DNA of 64,000 nucleotides, taken from positions 40,528-104,527 of the IMG/VR virus record IMGVR_UViG_3300028581_000020, one strand, 5' to 3'. The translations under genes and the position numbers were made by a program. Positions 29,501-38,898 of this stretch are shown here, piece after piece. Within the stretch, counting starts at the first letter, position 1. The number at the start of each line of letters is the position of its first letter. A model generated the notes under the pieces. The model was not told the DNA's origin. It saw nothing but the letters and a program-made list of their open reading frames with translations, and searched no databases. The DNA comes from a virus.

Positions 29501-30480
29501 GTGTGCCCTCGCGCGGTCGCTGCCGCATCCAGGGGAGCCTCAGTTGCACCTTCCTGGGCTGCCTTACTTGCAATGGCTTGCGCCTCGTCAACCGAAGGGG
29601 CAATTGCCTGCCCGGCCTTATCGACGGCAGTGTTTTCTGCAGTGACCTTTACTTCCGTCTTTGCCGCAGCTCCGGCGGCGCCCTCAGCAACTTCAGTGCC
29701 TACTTTGGAGACGCCTCGGAAGGATTTGTAGACCTTCATTGCGCCAACAAAAACTCCGGCAAGTGCGGCGTCGCCCACGATGCTCGTGACGAAGTTTTTG
29801 AAGCGGCCTTCGGCCTCGGTGTCAGTTTCCTTGGCTGCCCAGTAATCGACAATTCCGTTCTGGAACATCGGGAATCGCTGAACAAAGTTAGCGATATTCC
29901 CCTCGTGCGGGTCGGCCGTAAAATAAGAAGATACGCCTGCAGCGGCAGCGCTGGCCCCCACAGAAACAATCCCAGGTGCAGCCATAGCCGCAGCGCCTAC
30001 GCCTGTTCCAATCGCGGTCGCAAACTGGGTTACAAACTTCCCAGCTCCCCGGAATGCACGCTCTGTGTCGGTCGTAGACGGGGGAGCCAGGTCTTTGCCA
30101 AACGTGAACACACGATCGTCATCGATCAAATCTGTTTCTTTGATCCCGGTGGTCGTAAGCCAGTTATCGACCGAGTTGATGAGATCATGCCCGGCCTGTA
30201 CAGCACCACGTGCGACATCTACCGCACCTGCGGCAAACTGCTTCATCGGTTTCCCGCCGGACAATTCATCCGCGCGGGTAGCCACACCCGAGAGCTCATT
30301 TGCAGGGGGGGTTGCCTTTGGGGCGGGCCCCTCCTGCGGCTGCTGTTTTGCAAGCAGTTCGTCTGCCGGAGCTCCGAAAATATCTTTCTCGAGTTGAGAG
30401 ATTCGGTTGTCTTGTGACCCCGCAATTTCACGGTCTAGTGCGTAGCCGCGTTCCATCGGAGACAGATTTGTCGTATCCAT
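26536..30480 (-). CDS. large internal virion / ejection protein (gp16-like position)
   Basis: About 1314 aa from ATG 30480 (TAATG overlap); ITGAGP...GWQPNSIKVG motif typical of podovirus inner-core proteins. Confidence 0.7.
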   Translation of the reverse strand: MDTTNLSPMERGYALDREIAGSQDNRISQLEKDIFGAPADELLAKQQPQEGPAPKATPPANELSGVATRADELSGGKPMKQFAAGAVDVARGAVQAGHDLINSVDNWLTTTGIKETDLIDDDRVFTFGKDLAPPSTTDTERAFRGAGKFVTQFATAIGTGVGAAAMAAPGIVSVGASAAAAGVSSYFTADPHEGNIANFVQRFPMFQNGIVDYWAAKETDTEAEGRFKNFVTSIVGDAALAGVFVGAMKVYKSFRGVSKVGTEVAEGAAGAAAKTEVKVTAENTAVDKAGQAIAPSVDEAQAIASKAAQEGATEAPLDAAATARGHTLVNSGGETITADASAVSAAVAEGRGVLDAARVVEQPTVMRQAQNLRMLSLEELQAPATEATKRFNLDNVPTMGSVDDFRRVVSNIVAANKEGFETIARGVVSDESVLADAFKLLGEDVSRLTTKVPGQGWNAVEVKGAGIFFVNAVQDSVEKAIAAAAPNASDEVIAAFERSKMLTLDSMALFKAGTKEAGLATRAADLSNVTAFPVAEMFAAKDVLTVAGGKEQIQKQAATIVDMMSRMSPAEKVKHFSWMSNRSRLGHLAAMGEELRVMSLLSGPLTQTVNVANNLVNTIGLIPEKYAAWAVQKMRSIVGGKGNPATRLSVDELSSFFGGMPAEEIDATYTAFANKVQSEAVSLAESNATVLSLGQGLKEGWIAYFKAWRTSDPLLTAGGSKLMALERPSTLTGAANGLHGVWADAMDFIGSGIRIPGRALNAADVASKATIYRMQTNALAVRTARAAGLTGDAYTKMVKEMTQFPPAHINMMAAREAGQRTLNYTPEIFTKLYDGISQNPMFRMLVPFTKININQTDQVLQRFPGLAMLTPGFKEAMASGGTARDVALGKVAVGTSMLGLGGLLAVEGVITGAGPTNWQARKALEDTGWQPNSIKVGDGYFSYQALGGVGTLLGIAADLHELAAYWDSPDGDMQGFEDLTLAGAAHIASAAVPDVLTDDFGKVLELLRDGAPTSAWKKLADNFASSLTPNLFKQVNRAFGDKKIDTKLGAQDGAWESVVKPLKASFGVGMPQLNLFGEEVVHPQGTGPAILSAIALVNPFKYSPAKDDPIREELVRLGVSGPLVKPKPLAGQSHLMVDMPPRNISFAYVDGKDSFPVNLTSEQYNRFVELAAGHGLGSIDEIKKAPKERDQKVPNLKDMLGALIKSDYARQLDGKPGIPEAYRTDENKRTVIAEMVGMYRAAAKQQLLLEFPDIREQFLGAQVARSTALGQTVDRDVVENARAQIRSIMGISKDEESTMLKTQQRAKRKGEPTL

Positions 30481-32057
30481 TATTGTGCATCCTTCGCGTG
30501 TACTTCCAACGCCTGCTGCCAGTCTCCGTAAAGGCGCACGCGGCGCTCCCATTCAGAGGCGCCAAATTGACGGATGATTTCCTTCTTCTGCTGAAGCAAC
30601 GTGGATTTTACCGCATCCATGTTGTTTGCACGCATGGAATCCCGGCCGATACCGGGTAGGGGAGGAAGAGATTCCGGGGCTCCGATCATCTGTCGAAGCG
30701 CCTTGCGCGCCGCGGGCACGGGATCTACACCCTGCTCCATGTACTCGTTGCGTTTGTTGATGACTTCAGCTGCAAGGCGTTCCTTGTCGGCGTTGCCACC
30801 CATTTTAGTTGCAAAATCAAACTGACCACGAGATCCCGTAACGGTAGCGTTGATGATATCGTTAGATACCTGCACCTGGCGTTTGAACGCGGGGTCTGCC
30901 TGTTTTTCTTTCGACGCTGTTTTAGCTGCGCGCAACAACCGCTCGGTGGTCTCACGCGTAAGTGTACCATCATCGAAAGACTTCATAATGTCTTTTTGAA
31001 TTTTAGACCCCGACTCGCCTTTAAGAATTCGACTGGTGTAGTTCACGCTTGCGCGCGATTCCATCTCGCCAGAAACATCCTTGGCCTCGGCCTGCAGCCG
31101 GTTGTATCCCTCGGGGCTTATCAACCTTTGCTTGAGTAAATCTTGCGCTTGTTGCAGCATAACGTCACGCTGCGCAGGCGAGGTGGCGGCAGCGACACCC
31201 GCAAAAAGTGCGGAATCGTTATTTTGCACCACTTGCTCATAGGCTTCTTTGCGCTTCTTTTCAGCTTGCTCTTTTTCATCAAGCACGCGATTCGTGTATT
31301 GCAGCTTTGTCACGGCAATCTTCTCAGAGAGTTTGTTGATATGCGCGGCATCCTTAGCGTAAGGCGCAAGTTTTTGTAGGGCCGCTTCCGCTTCCGAGAA
31401 TTTCTTTTGCCCAATGAAACCGTTGACGGCGGTATCGACAAGCGACGCTTGATCATCAACTTTTATCTGCTCGCGCACAGGTGCGGTGTATAGCCCTGTG
31501 AGCTGATCAACTTCCTTATTGTTTTTTTCGATCTCCTCAATAGCGGCGTCGGGGGCGCTTAAAATCCGCGACGCCCGTGACGCGTAATTGGCCCTACGCG
31601 CGCGATCTAGTGCCTCGGGACCACGACGCGTAACATCAGCGTACACGTTGGCGGCGTAAGAGTTTTTAGCAGCGCCAAGTACATTCTTTGCTTCGGCAGC
31701 GATGTTGCCACCAAGTGCATCGATTTCCTTGGTGATCTCCTTTACTTCATCGTCGTATTTTTTCTGGTACAGCTCAAGCATGTCGGAGCCATCGTCTTTG
31801 GCTTCCTTACCGGCGGCAGCAAACGCTTTCTGTTTTGCCTCTGTACCTGCGTTTTCCACGCGCCCAAGGAAAATCTTTTTCTCCTCAGTGTCTTTGACCT
31901 TGAAGTAATCCTGCAGATTCGCCGCGGTCTTTACGAGATCGTTGCCAAACCCAGCAACAGCCTCACCCTGCGTGCGAGCGCCGCTCGTGCCTCCAATGGG
32001 GACAGGCGAGGATACTTGCAGGCGAGTGGCTTGGTCCTGTAGCGGGATACGCGGCAT
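30480..32057 (-). CDS. internal virion protein (gp15-like position)
   Basis: MPRIP start, helical 525 aa, synteny. Confidence 0.65.
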   Translation of the reverse strand: MPRIPLQDQATRLQVSSPVPIGGTSGARTQGEAVAGFGNDLVKTAANLQDYFKVKDTEEKKIFLGRVENAGTEAKQKAFAAAGKEAKDDGSDMLELYQKKYDDEVKEITKEIDALGGNIAAEAKNVLGAAKNSYAANVYADVTRRGPEALDRARRANYASRASRILSAPDAAIEEIEKNNKEVDQLTGLYTAPVREQIKVDDQASLVDTAVNGFIGQKKFSEAEAALQKLAPYAKDAAHINKLSEKIAVTKLQYTNRVLDEKEQAEKKRKEAYEQVVQNNDSALFAGVAAATSPAQRDVMLQQAQDLLKQRLISPEGYNRLQAEAKDVSGEMESRASVNYTSRILKGESGSKIQKDIMKSFDDGTLTRETTERLLRAAKTASKEKQADPAFKRQVQVSNDIINATVTGSRGQFDFATKMGGNADKERLAAEVINKRNEYMEQGVDPVPAARKALRQMIGAPESLPPLPGIGRDSMRANNMDAVKSTLLQQKKEIIRQFGASEWERRVRLYGDWQQALEVHAKDAQ

Positions 32058-32524
32058 TATTTGCTCCTAGCGAGGAAACCGCTCGCGGTCGAAAGCCCTT
32101 GGCCGATGACCGGGAGCACGTTCGCCTCAAAGCTCGAAAGCCGCTCAGCCTGCTCCATGGATGCGCCGGCTTTCAGGAAAGCCTCGCGCGCCTTGGCCTT
32201 GCCGTCGTCGATGATCGCGCGCTCCTCGCCCACCTGGCGAGCCTTCGCGTTCGCAAGCACAAGCATCGGCGAACCAGTCAGATCTACTCCCCCGCGCGCG
32301 AACGCCGAAACCTGCGCTCCGCGAAACTCTTCTGACTGATCGCGGTAGATGCTAAGCTCACGTTGAGTCGCGGCCTGTGCAAAACGAGCCTGCTCTTCCA
32401 GGAAGGAAGCGTTTGCGCGCTCAGCTTCCGCCTGCGCCTGGTTTGCCTTGATGTTGCCGTAGGCGCTCGTCGCGAGCCCAGCCGCGGCAATTGAGCCTAA
32501 AATGACCCCCGTACCTACAGGCAT
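32057..32524 (-). CDS. internal virion protein (gp14-like)
   Basis: Hydrophobic N-terminus, QAEAERANA, GGVDLTGSP motif. Confidence 0.7.
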   Translation of the reverse strand: MPVGTGVILGSIAAAGLATSAYGNIKANQAQAEAERANASFLEEQARFAQAATQRELSIYRDQSEEFRGAQVSAFARGGVDLTGSPMLVLANAKARQVGEERAIIDDGKAKAREAFLKAGASMEQAERLSSFEANVLPVIGQGLSTASGFLARSK

Positions 32525-32527
32525 CCC

Positions 32528-32926
32528 CTACCCCACTTCCCGGATTAGAATAGTCGCATCCTCGACGCAGGTAAAGCCAAGCCGGCGCGCAAAATGCTTT
32601 GCAATCTCAGGCTTTGTGAAGTGCATAACTGCCTTCATGTTGCAGTCGCGGGCTGCCACCATGAGATGATCGATCAGGTAGCCCAGCGCCTTAAATCCCA
32701 TGATCCCAAGCGTCGGGTCCGTTGCCGTCCATTCGAGCACGCCCAGACTCGAATTCGTGAGGTACAAAAACCCCACTGCCGCGGGCTTCCCCTCGATCTC
32801 AACAATCATCCCCGTCGCCGGCAGGAACTCTTGGGGAGGCACACCCTTTGCATCCCAGCCGTGCCCAATAAACCACCCCGAGATCAGCTCGTAATCGCTC
32901 GGTTGGTACTTACGCCAGGAGAGCAT
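32528..32926 (-). CDS. GNAT-like acetyltransferase
   Basis: True start ATG 32926 (TGATG overlap); LPATGMIV...AVGFLYLTNS...LEW, homologous to 8780-9157. Confidence 0.65.
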   Translation of the reverse strand: MLSWRKYQPSDYELISGWFIGHGWDAKGVPPQEFLPATGMIVEIEGKPAAVGFLYLTNSSLGVLEWTATDPTLGIMGFKALGYLIDHLMVAARDCNMKAVMHFTKPEIAKHFARRLGFTCVEDATILIREVG

Positions 32927-33363
32927 CAACGCACCCGCGCCATGATGTTGTAGTTGCGCCGGTCCTCGCCGAAAGCCTTCAAAAGCCCTTCCGATGCAAA
33001 CCCGAGAGTAGTCGCCCAACGGTAAGCCATCGCCTCGCCCTCGAGCACGTAGGCCTGTACGCGGTGAAGCGTGAGCGCCTGCTCGTAGTCCTGGATCACG
33101 CTCAGCACGCCCTTGGTGAACTGCACGGGGCAGGTGTAGATGTGCTTTGAGAAGATAGCCCAAACTTCAGCCACCCCCGCCCACAGGACCGTGCCGCCGA
33201 CTGCTCCCAGGCAGAGGTCGTCCTCGGTATAGAGCGTGTGCGCAAAGTTATGCGGATGATCCATGAAGTGCTCTTTGGTGTTGATCCCGTTCTCGCCAAA
33301 GAAAACGCTGGTAGGTTCCAGGCCGTCGAGATGCCGGGGGTCAAACTTTTTGCGCTTAATCAT
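32926..33363 (-). CDS. GNAT-like protein (T7 gp13-like position)
   Basis: WAGVAEVW...HRVQAYV...RWATTLGFASEG pattern; follows the nozzle gene. Confidence 0.7.
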   Translation of the reverse strand: MIKRKKFDPRHLDGLEPTSVFFGENGINTKEHFMDHPHNFAHTLYTEDDLCLGAVGGTVLWAGVAEVWAIFSKHIYTCPVQFTKGVLSVIQDYEQALTLHRVQAYVLEGEAMAYRWATTLGFASEGLLKAFGEDRRNYNIMARVR

Positions 33364-35683
33364 TGGTCACACCGCGGGCAAAGATGCCTTCGACTTCCAG
33401 GGGGAGAGGAAGGTCCTGGGCCACGATGAGGTTCAAGCGCTCGCTCCACCCCGACTGGAAGCCAAGGTGGCGATCGCCCGTGAACAGCGGAATCTCGGCA
33501 TTGTTTACGAGATCCGGCGTGCGGAATTCGATCGTCTCGAGCTCCGAGTCGTTGCTCCCAAACTTAGCGCCCACCGTGCGGTTGAAGCGGATCACGATGT
33601 CGTCGATTGATTTGTTCGCTCCCTGCGCGGATCCAATCACAGATCCCAGGTTGATGTTGCTCGTCTTAAGAAGGCTCCGGTACTTGAGCCCCGCGATCAG
33701 CTCGGTTGCGTTGATGTCGAGCGTGATTTGTCCCGAGCCGTCTACCACTTTCTCACCATGGTAGATCCCGTCAGCAAGGCACGAAACCGTCTGCCCGATC
33801 AAATGCGAGAAGCCGGTGAAGACTTTCCCGGGGCTTCCGAGTGTCACGATTTTGGCGGAATCCGAGAAGATCGGTTTGTCGAGGTAGCTGGTAGAGTTGT
33901 TGTAAAGGTCTTCGAGCTCAAACTCTTTGTTGATCCGCTCGAGGTACGTGATGTCGGCACCGTTGATCGTGCGCCGGACAGCCAACCAAATGTCGTCGTG
34001 CGTGCCTTCCGCATTCGGCGCCACGCAGAAGGACAGAATCTTAGGCGGCGTTGCCTTGCTCGACTCGGTGAGCACCCCGCCCAGCTCATGCCAGTGGAAG
34101 GCGGCATAGCCCTGATCGCGGTCACGCGTGCACGCGTAGAATCCGCCGTTGCGATCAAGTACCCAGAGCATCCCGTTGAAGTGCTCTTGGTTAGAAATCT
34201 GCACGATCTCGGGGTTCACGTACGTGACGCGCTTTGCGAGCATCTTTTTCGGCATGTGCTCGGCATACGTCGAAATGTCCGCCGCCTTGTAGGAATCTTC
34301 CTGGAAGTTGAAAACAAATTCCCGGAGACGGCGCTTGTTGCGCGGGATGAATACAAGAGAGTTCCCTTGACGCGCAGGCATAATGAGTGCCCCGCCGTGG
34401 GCCGTCTCTGCCTGGAAGCCCACGTTCAGGGGGCCCAGCGTTTGCGAACTGTCAGGGTTATTTGAGATGAATTCGCGCCCAGTCGAACCAAGCTGCAGCG
34501 TCTTACCAGCGGACATCCACACGATCTGCGAGAGTTCGTTGGAAGTGAGGTTCACATCATACGGGTCATCGTTCGCGACGGTATTGGGGCTGTCGTCCAC
34601 ATACTTTGCTTGGCGCATGTCGCCCAGGTTTCCGATGCGGGAGGCCCACAAACCGTTCGGGCGAAAATAGTGGCTTCCGTAATAGAGGCGGTTCTCGTAA
34701 AACGAAATCACGCCGGGATTGCCGCGGCTGTTGGCCTTCACCGTCGAGTTAGAGACGCCCTCTTTCAGTCGCCAGTCAGAAAAACACCAGCGAACAGTGG
34801 CGCTCGTATCTCCCAGGGTCTTGAGCACCGTCGCGTTCACGCTGCTTGCAAGCCCGTTCGATGGCGATACCAGCGAGGTGATGAGCACAACACCCGTCGT
34901 AGAATTCGATGCGTTCGTGATCCGCATGGCGTGCCCCACCATGGATTCATTGTAGATCGTGATCGGAAACCCACCCGAGACCGTGGTGGCGGGGATCGTG
35001 ATGTTGCCAGTGGTGGCCGAAGGCGTAACCTGGAATAGTCCGTTCGACGGGTTCTCAGGCAAAAACGGCCAGGACTTGGCTGCAACTGCGCTCGAGAAAC
35101 CAGTAATCGAAGTGTTAGTTTGTCCCAGGGCGGAATACGCCCAGAACATAAACAGGCCTAGGTCCGTTGTCCCGTCGTATTGGATTGCAAACGGCGGATG
35201 ATCCTTCTGCACGAAGAACATCGCGCGCCCAAACTGTGTGTACTGAATTTCGCGAAGCTGCTGCGCAGTCGAGAATCCTAGGAACTGTGCGGCACCTGAA
35301 AGAAGCGAAAATGGAACCGAAGTCGTCACCGCAAGCTGCGTGACCGTTCCATCAGAGTTCAGTCGGTAAGCGTCGATCCCCTTGGCGCCGGCAACCGCCG
35401 CCACTGTGCGCGTCGTAAACGCGAGTACGATCGTAACCCCATCCTGCACAAACGGGATCAGCCGAACATTCGTCTCATCCTTGATGAATGAACCGACCGA
35501 GCTACCGTGCCCGCCTACGTACTGTGCGCCAGGGCGGCGCATAGCACCGCCTTGCGGGAGCACGAGCATGTTTGTGAGCTCTTCGCATGAGTTTTTGTAG
35601 GTCTCGAGATCAACGCGCGCCTGCGCACGAGGAGAGACTTCGCCCGCCAGGAAGTGGGCGATCTGCTCGCGGAATCGTGCCAT
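33356..35683 (-). CDS. tail tubular protein B / nozzle
   Basis: FLAGEVSP...NMLVLPQGGAMRRPG N-terminus, FYENRL, C-terminal PLPLEV. Confidence 0.85.
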   Translation of the reverse strand: MARFREQIAHFLAGEVSPRAQARVDLETYKNSCEELTNMLVLPQGGAMRRPGAQYVGGHGSSVGSFIKDETNVRLIPFVQDGVTIVLAFTTRTVAAVAGAKGIDAYRLNSDGTVTQLAVTTSVPFSLLSGAAQFLGFSTAQQLREIQYTQFGRAMFFVQKDHPPFAIQYDGTTDLGLFMFWAYSALGQTNTSITGFSSAVAAKSWPFLPENPSNGLFQVTPSATTGNITIPATTVSGGFPITIYNESMVGHAMRITNASNSTTGVVLITSLVSPSNGLASSVNATVLKTLGDTSATVRWCFSDWRLKEGVSNSTVKANSRGNPGVISFYENRLYYGSHYFRPNGLWASRIGNLGDMRQAKYVDDSPNTVANDDPYDVNLTSNELSQIVWMSAGKTLQLGSTGREFISNNPDSSQTLGPLNVGFQAETAHGGALIMPARQGNSLVFIPRNKRRLREFVFNFQEDSYKAADISTYAEHMPKKMLAKRVTYVNPEIVQISNQEHFNGMLWVLDRNGGFYACTRDRDQGYAAFHWHELGGVLTESSKATPPKILSFCVAPNAEGTHDDIWLAVRRTINGADITYLERINKEFELEDLYNNSTSYLDKPIFSDSAKIVTLGSPGKVFTGFSHLIGQTVSCLADGIYHGEKVVDGSGQITLDINATELIAGLKYRSLLKTSNINLGSVIGSAQGANKSIDDIVIRFNRTVGAKFGSNDSELETIEFRTPDLVNNAEIPLFTGDRHLGFQSGWSERLNLIVAQDLPLPLEVEGIFARGVTND

Positions 35684-36253
35684 CTAGTACCTCGAATCAA
35701 GCCAGGAAGATGCTTCCGGCGCTTGCTGGGAACCACGTTGCTGGGCGGAGTACGACCGTGCCTCGCGCATTTTCTCTTTCCAGAGGGTCTGCATGTTAGC
35801 AGCGAGAGTAGCGTTCTGCGTAATCGTATACGCCATCTCAGCCGCCATCTTGTACGCAAGTACCTCTTGGAAGGCCGGCTGGTAGCTGCTCGTGTCTGTG
35901 TTACGCCAGGCGTAGCGAACGGCAATCACATCGGTGTAGTTCGTAAGCAGCTGACCGCTTTCGATGATCCAGTCCACCTCGTTAGGGATGTTGGAGTCAA
36001 AAACTCCAAGGCAATCCCCCGGGAGCTGATATGCACGCGTGTATTGAAAAGCCGGTACAAGGCCCGCAATTTGCGCGACTTGCGCGCGGCGGGTCGCAAA
36101 ATTCCACGGCTGAGAGGCGAGCAGCGCGTCCCTGGAAATGAAGTACGTGTCCTTGCAAGTGCGCCCCTCGAGAGAATCATCCGAGAGCGACGTTATCCGC
36201 CGCGCTCGGAGCTTCGCTAAGGCCGCGTTACAAATCTCGACTTCAGTTGCCAT
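35684..36253 (-). CDS. tail tubular protein A / adaptor
   Basis: MATEVEICNAALAKL...PWNFATRR...YQLPGDCL. Confidence 0.9.
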   Translation of the reverse strand: MATEVEICNAALAKLRARRITSLSDDSLEGRTCKDTYFISRDALLASQPWNFATRRAQVAQIAGLVPAFQYTRAYQLPGDCLGVFDSNIPNEVDWIIESGQLLTNYTDVIAVRYAWRNTDTSSYQPAFQEVLAYKMAAEMAYTITQNATLAANMQTLWKEKMREARSYSAQQRGSQQAPEASSWLDSRY

Positions 36254-36306
36254 TCGGCTGCTCCCTCCCACCCCTGGGTGGCTATGATATAGCCCAGAAC
36301 GGAAAC

Positions 36307-36762
36307 TTAGTCTTGGACGATGTAGAAAGCGCCCTTGATGAGCACGTTGCCCACGTCGGTTGCTTCCGTCCAGGCCAGCACAACGTCCACTTCAGAAGCG
36401 AAACGCTTCAAGTGTCCGGCATGCCCTGCGGCAGGCTTAGCCAAAACCGCAGCGCCACCAGCGTCGTAGCCCGATCCAAAGGCATCGTCATCTGCGGCAA
36501 CAACCGCATCCGCCGAAACAAGGTTGCCAATCTTACAGATACCCGTGGTGCCCGTGGAAGGGATTTGAATATCCCAACCAACAACACGCGAGCCTGCAGG
36601 GAGGCGGAGAAGGGTCAGGGTATCCGCGATAGCTTGGACCGCGGCGCCCGTGACTTCAAAGTAGAATGCACGCACGCGACCACGTACGTTGCCGATCTCT
36701 TGCTTGTCGAGACCGACACCAGACGATTGGGCCGTGAACAGAGAGGTATTGACGTTCGCCAT
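36307..36762 (-). CDS. putative capsid decoration / cement protein
   Basis: 151 aa, beta-rich, LPAGSRVV; directly after the MCP gene; AAGGAG RBS. Confidence 0.55.
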   Translation of the reverse strand: MANVNTSLFTAQSSGVGLDKQEIGNVRGRVRAFYFEVTGAAVQAIADTLTLLRLPAGSRVVGWDIQIPSTGTTGICKIGNLVSADAVVAADDDAFGSGYDAGGAAVLAKPAAGHAGHLKRFASEVDVVLAWTEATDVGNVLIKGAFYIVQD

Positions 36763-36782
36763 GAAAGTGGCTCCTTATGCTT

Positions 36783-36818
36783 AAAATCAAAGGGCCCCGG
36801 GGGACCACCCCCCGGAGC
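36783..36818 (-). terminator. probable (leaky) intrinsic terminator after MCP
   Basis: GC stem 36794-36803 / 36809-36818 followed on the minus strand by CCTTTGATTTT. Confidence 0.55.
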
Positions 36819-36836
36819 GTTACTGCAGGGCAAAAC

Positions 36837-37778
36837 TTAGGCTTCGGTGCAGAGGATACCGACGACTTTAGTCTCTTCCAGGCGAACAGCGCCACAAGTC
36901 ATGCTCGCGTACACTTGCTTGGAGTAGGACTTGTCGGCGCGCTCGTCGATCCGGCCTTTGATCTCGGAACCGCTCGCAAGAACGATACCGCTTTCGGCCC
37001 AAGCAAAACACCGGCGGGTGTTGTTGCCGTTACCCGTCGAGAGCGTGACCGCGCCCGTGGTGGTGTTGATCGAGGCAAGGAAGCCGCCAGCGCCGGCCGT
37101 ACGCAAGAGTTGCGTGCGGTGGAACTTGAAGCCCATGAACGTGTCCACTTCGCCGTGCACAAGCGCCTTGATGGCGTTGTAATCGGCAGAGGTGACTTGG
37201 TTCTCGCCCAGGAGACCGTCGATCTGCTTCTGCGAAACCGCAATGTGCAGCATCTCGTTCTCGTCCACGTCGGCCTGCCCGAAGAGCGACTTGACCTTGA
37301 TCAAGGTCGCGACGTTCAGGTTCGACACGGCCGTCGAAGCCACGGCACCGACGTACTGTGCTGCCAGTTGAGCTTGAGTGCTGTCGCCTTCTTTACCAGT
37401 GATGGCCGAGCCAAGAGCTGCGTCGATGATCTCAAGATCCATCGCGCGGCCAAGAGCCCAGGCTGCCGACATCGCGTAGGGGCTGGTAGGATCGATGAGA
37501 GCGCGGATGCGATCTTCCTTGTCGATCAAGTCGGCCCATTCGTAGTCGTTCATCTTCACGCCACGACGGCTGTGATCCGAGTTCACCAAGGGGGTGTCGG
37601 AATGACGGCCGACTTTCTTGATGGCGCTCGTGGGTCCGAGGCGGTCGTAGAAATCGACTTCGGCGTTCTGGACTTCGTTGCGCACGAAGGGACGCAGACG
37701 CGAGCCCTTTTGTTGCGCGAGGTGGAAAATGTTGTCAGAGAAGCCCTTTACAAAGGCTTGCGGGTACAGATTCGACAT
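36837..37778 (-). CDS. major capsid protein
   Basis: LAQQKGSRLR, DLIDKEDRIR..IDPTSPY, ALGRAMD, FMGFKF, GAVRLEE: BPP-1/epsilon15-type MCP. Confidence 0.9.
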   Translation of the reverse strand: MSNLYPQAFVKGFSDNIFHLAQQKGSRLRPFVRNEVQNAEVDFYDRLGPTSAIKKVGRHSDTPLVNSDHSRRGVKMNDYEWADLIDKEDRIRALIDPTSPYAMSAAWALGRAMDLEIIDAALGSAITGKEGDSTQAQLAAQYVGAVASTAVSNLNVATLIKVKSLFGQADVDENEMLHIAVSQKQIDGLLGENQVTSADYNAIKALVHGEVDTFMGFKFHRTQLLRTAGAGGFLASINTTTGAVTLSTGNGNNTRRCFAWAESGIVLASGSEIKGRIDERADKSYSKQVYASMTCGAVRLEETKVVGILCTEA

Positions 37779-37970
37779 GTGGAATGTCTCCTTTGGTTTC
37801 GAGTTGTGGGTTCAGATTACCGAGCGATATCGGAACTGCCCTCGAAACCGAGGATTCCTTCGCATCGTGCCTGCTTTCAGGCGCGCTACAAACGTGGCTG
37901 CTACTTAGAGTGGACCCGAAAAGGGTTGCCCACAAACAGCCGGGAATCCGAGGATGCTAAAATAACACTC
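37779..37970 (-). ncRNA. candidate structured 5' leader RNA of the capsid gene
   Basis: Several nested inverted repeats in a 250-nt intergenic gap (see findings). Confidence 0.4.
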
Positions 37971-38028
37971 CCCCCGGGACATCTACTAGAATGCCACGGG
38001 GGGAGTTAAATGCAAGTACCGGGGCTAA

Positions 38029-38898
38029 CTATTTTTGCTCGGCAGGGTAGCGCTGCTCCCAAAGCTTCGACATCTCGGCCACCGCTGCCTGGTGGTTCGG
38101 ATGATCCTTCAGGTAGTAGGGGTGCTGGCGATCGCTCTTGATTGACTCAATGCGTTCCTTGGCCTGCTCAGGAGTCATCCCACCACCCTCGCGCGACGTG
38201 CCACCAGGGAGCTTGTCCTCTCTAAGCTCAGCCCCGATTTTGGCGAACACTTTGATGAGCCGCGAATCATTGTTCAGCCCCGACTCTTTCAGGTGCTTTA
38301 TCAGCTCGTCGCCGCCGAAGTCGCGGATCGCGAGTTCCGCAATCTTGATCTGCTGCTCAAACCCGTTGCCCCACTCTTTTTTGAGCTCGGCAATTTCTGC
38401 CGTCTGCTTTTCGGTGTGCTTTGCTTTCAGGGACTCGGCCGCACCTTTGGCAGTGAGGCCATACCAGTTGAGGAGCTTTTCGGCTTGCTTCGGGAGGATG
38501 CCCGCCTTGTGTGCCTGTTCCTTGAAGGAATCGAGAAACGAGTCCTCGAGCCCCGCTTCCTTGTCGAGCTTCACCTGGTAGTCCTTCAACTCTTTCGGAC
38601 GCCCCAGCTTGTCGAAGATGTTTTGCCAGTCTTCCTCGGTTGCGTGCTGATCGGGAACCGGGATCTTGTCTTTTCCGATGAGCTTCTGCGCGTTGATGAA
38701 CGCCTTCGTCAAATTCGGAATGTCCTTGATGCTCGCAAGCGAGGGGTCAGCGCGGAATTCTTCCGGGAGCCCTTCCTTCCAATTTTCCGGGAACGAGACG
38801 CTACTTGCAGGGGGAGGCGGAGCTCCGGCTCCCGACTTGTCACCACCACCACTGGCAGGGGCCCCGCCCGCAGTCCCCATGAATCCTTCATTCGCCAT
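38029..38898 (-). CDS. capsid scaffolding protein
   Basis: WKEGLPEE, KLGRP, ELKKEWG, HPNHQAAV motifs; between portal and MCP. Confidence 0.85.
   Translation of the reverse strand: MANEGFMGTAGGAPASGGGDKSGAGAPPPPASSVSFPENWKEGLPEEFRADPSLASIKDIPNLTKAFINAQKLIGKDKIPVPDQHATEEDWQNIFDKLGRPKELKDYQVKLDKEAGLEDSFLDSFKEQAHKAGILPKQAEKLLNWYGLTAKGAAESLKAKHTEKQTAEIAELKKEWGNGFEQQIKIAELAIRDFGGDELIKHLKESGLNNDSRLIKVFAKIGAELREDKLPGGTSREGGGMTPEQAKERIESIKSDRQHPYYLKDHPNHQAAVAEMSKLWEQRYPAEQK

Noticed and set aside
32927-33163. N-terminal extension of the 211-aa ORF
   Set aside because: Overlaps the upstream gene; homology to phage A's GNAT starts at ATG 32926.
36777-38009. Long antisense ORFs (410 aa here; also 29377-30417 and 28919-29731)
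   Set aside because: They lie opposite well-supported genes in GC-rich DNA and show no motifs; expected shadow ORFs.
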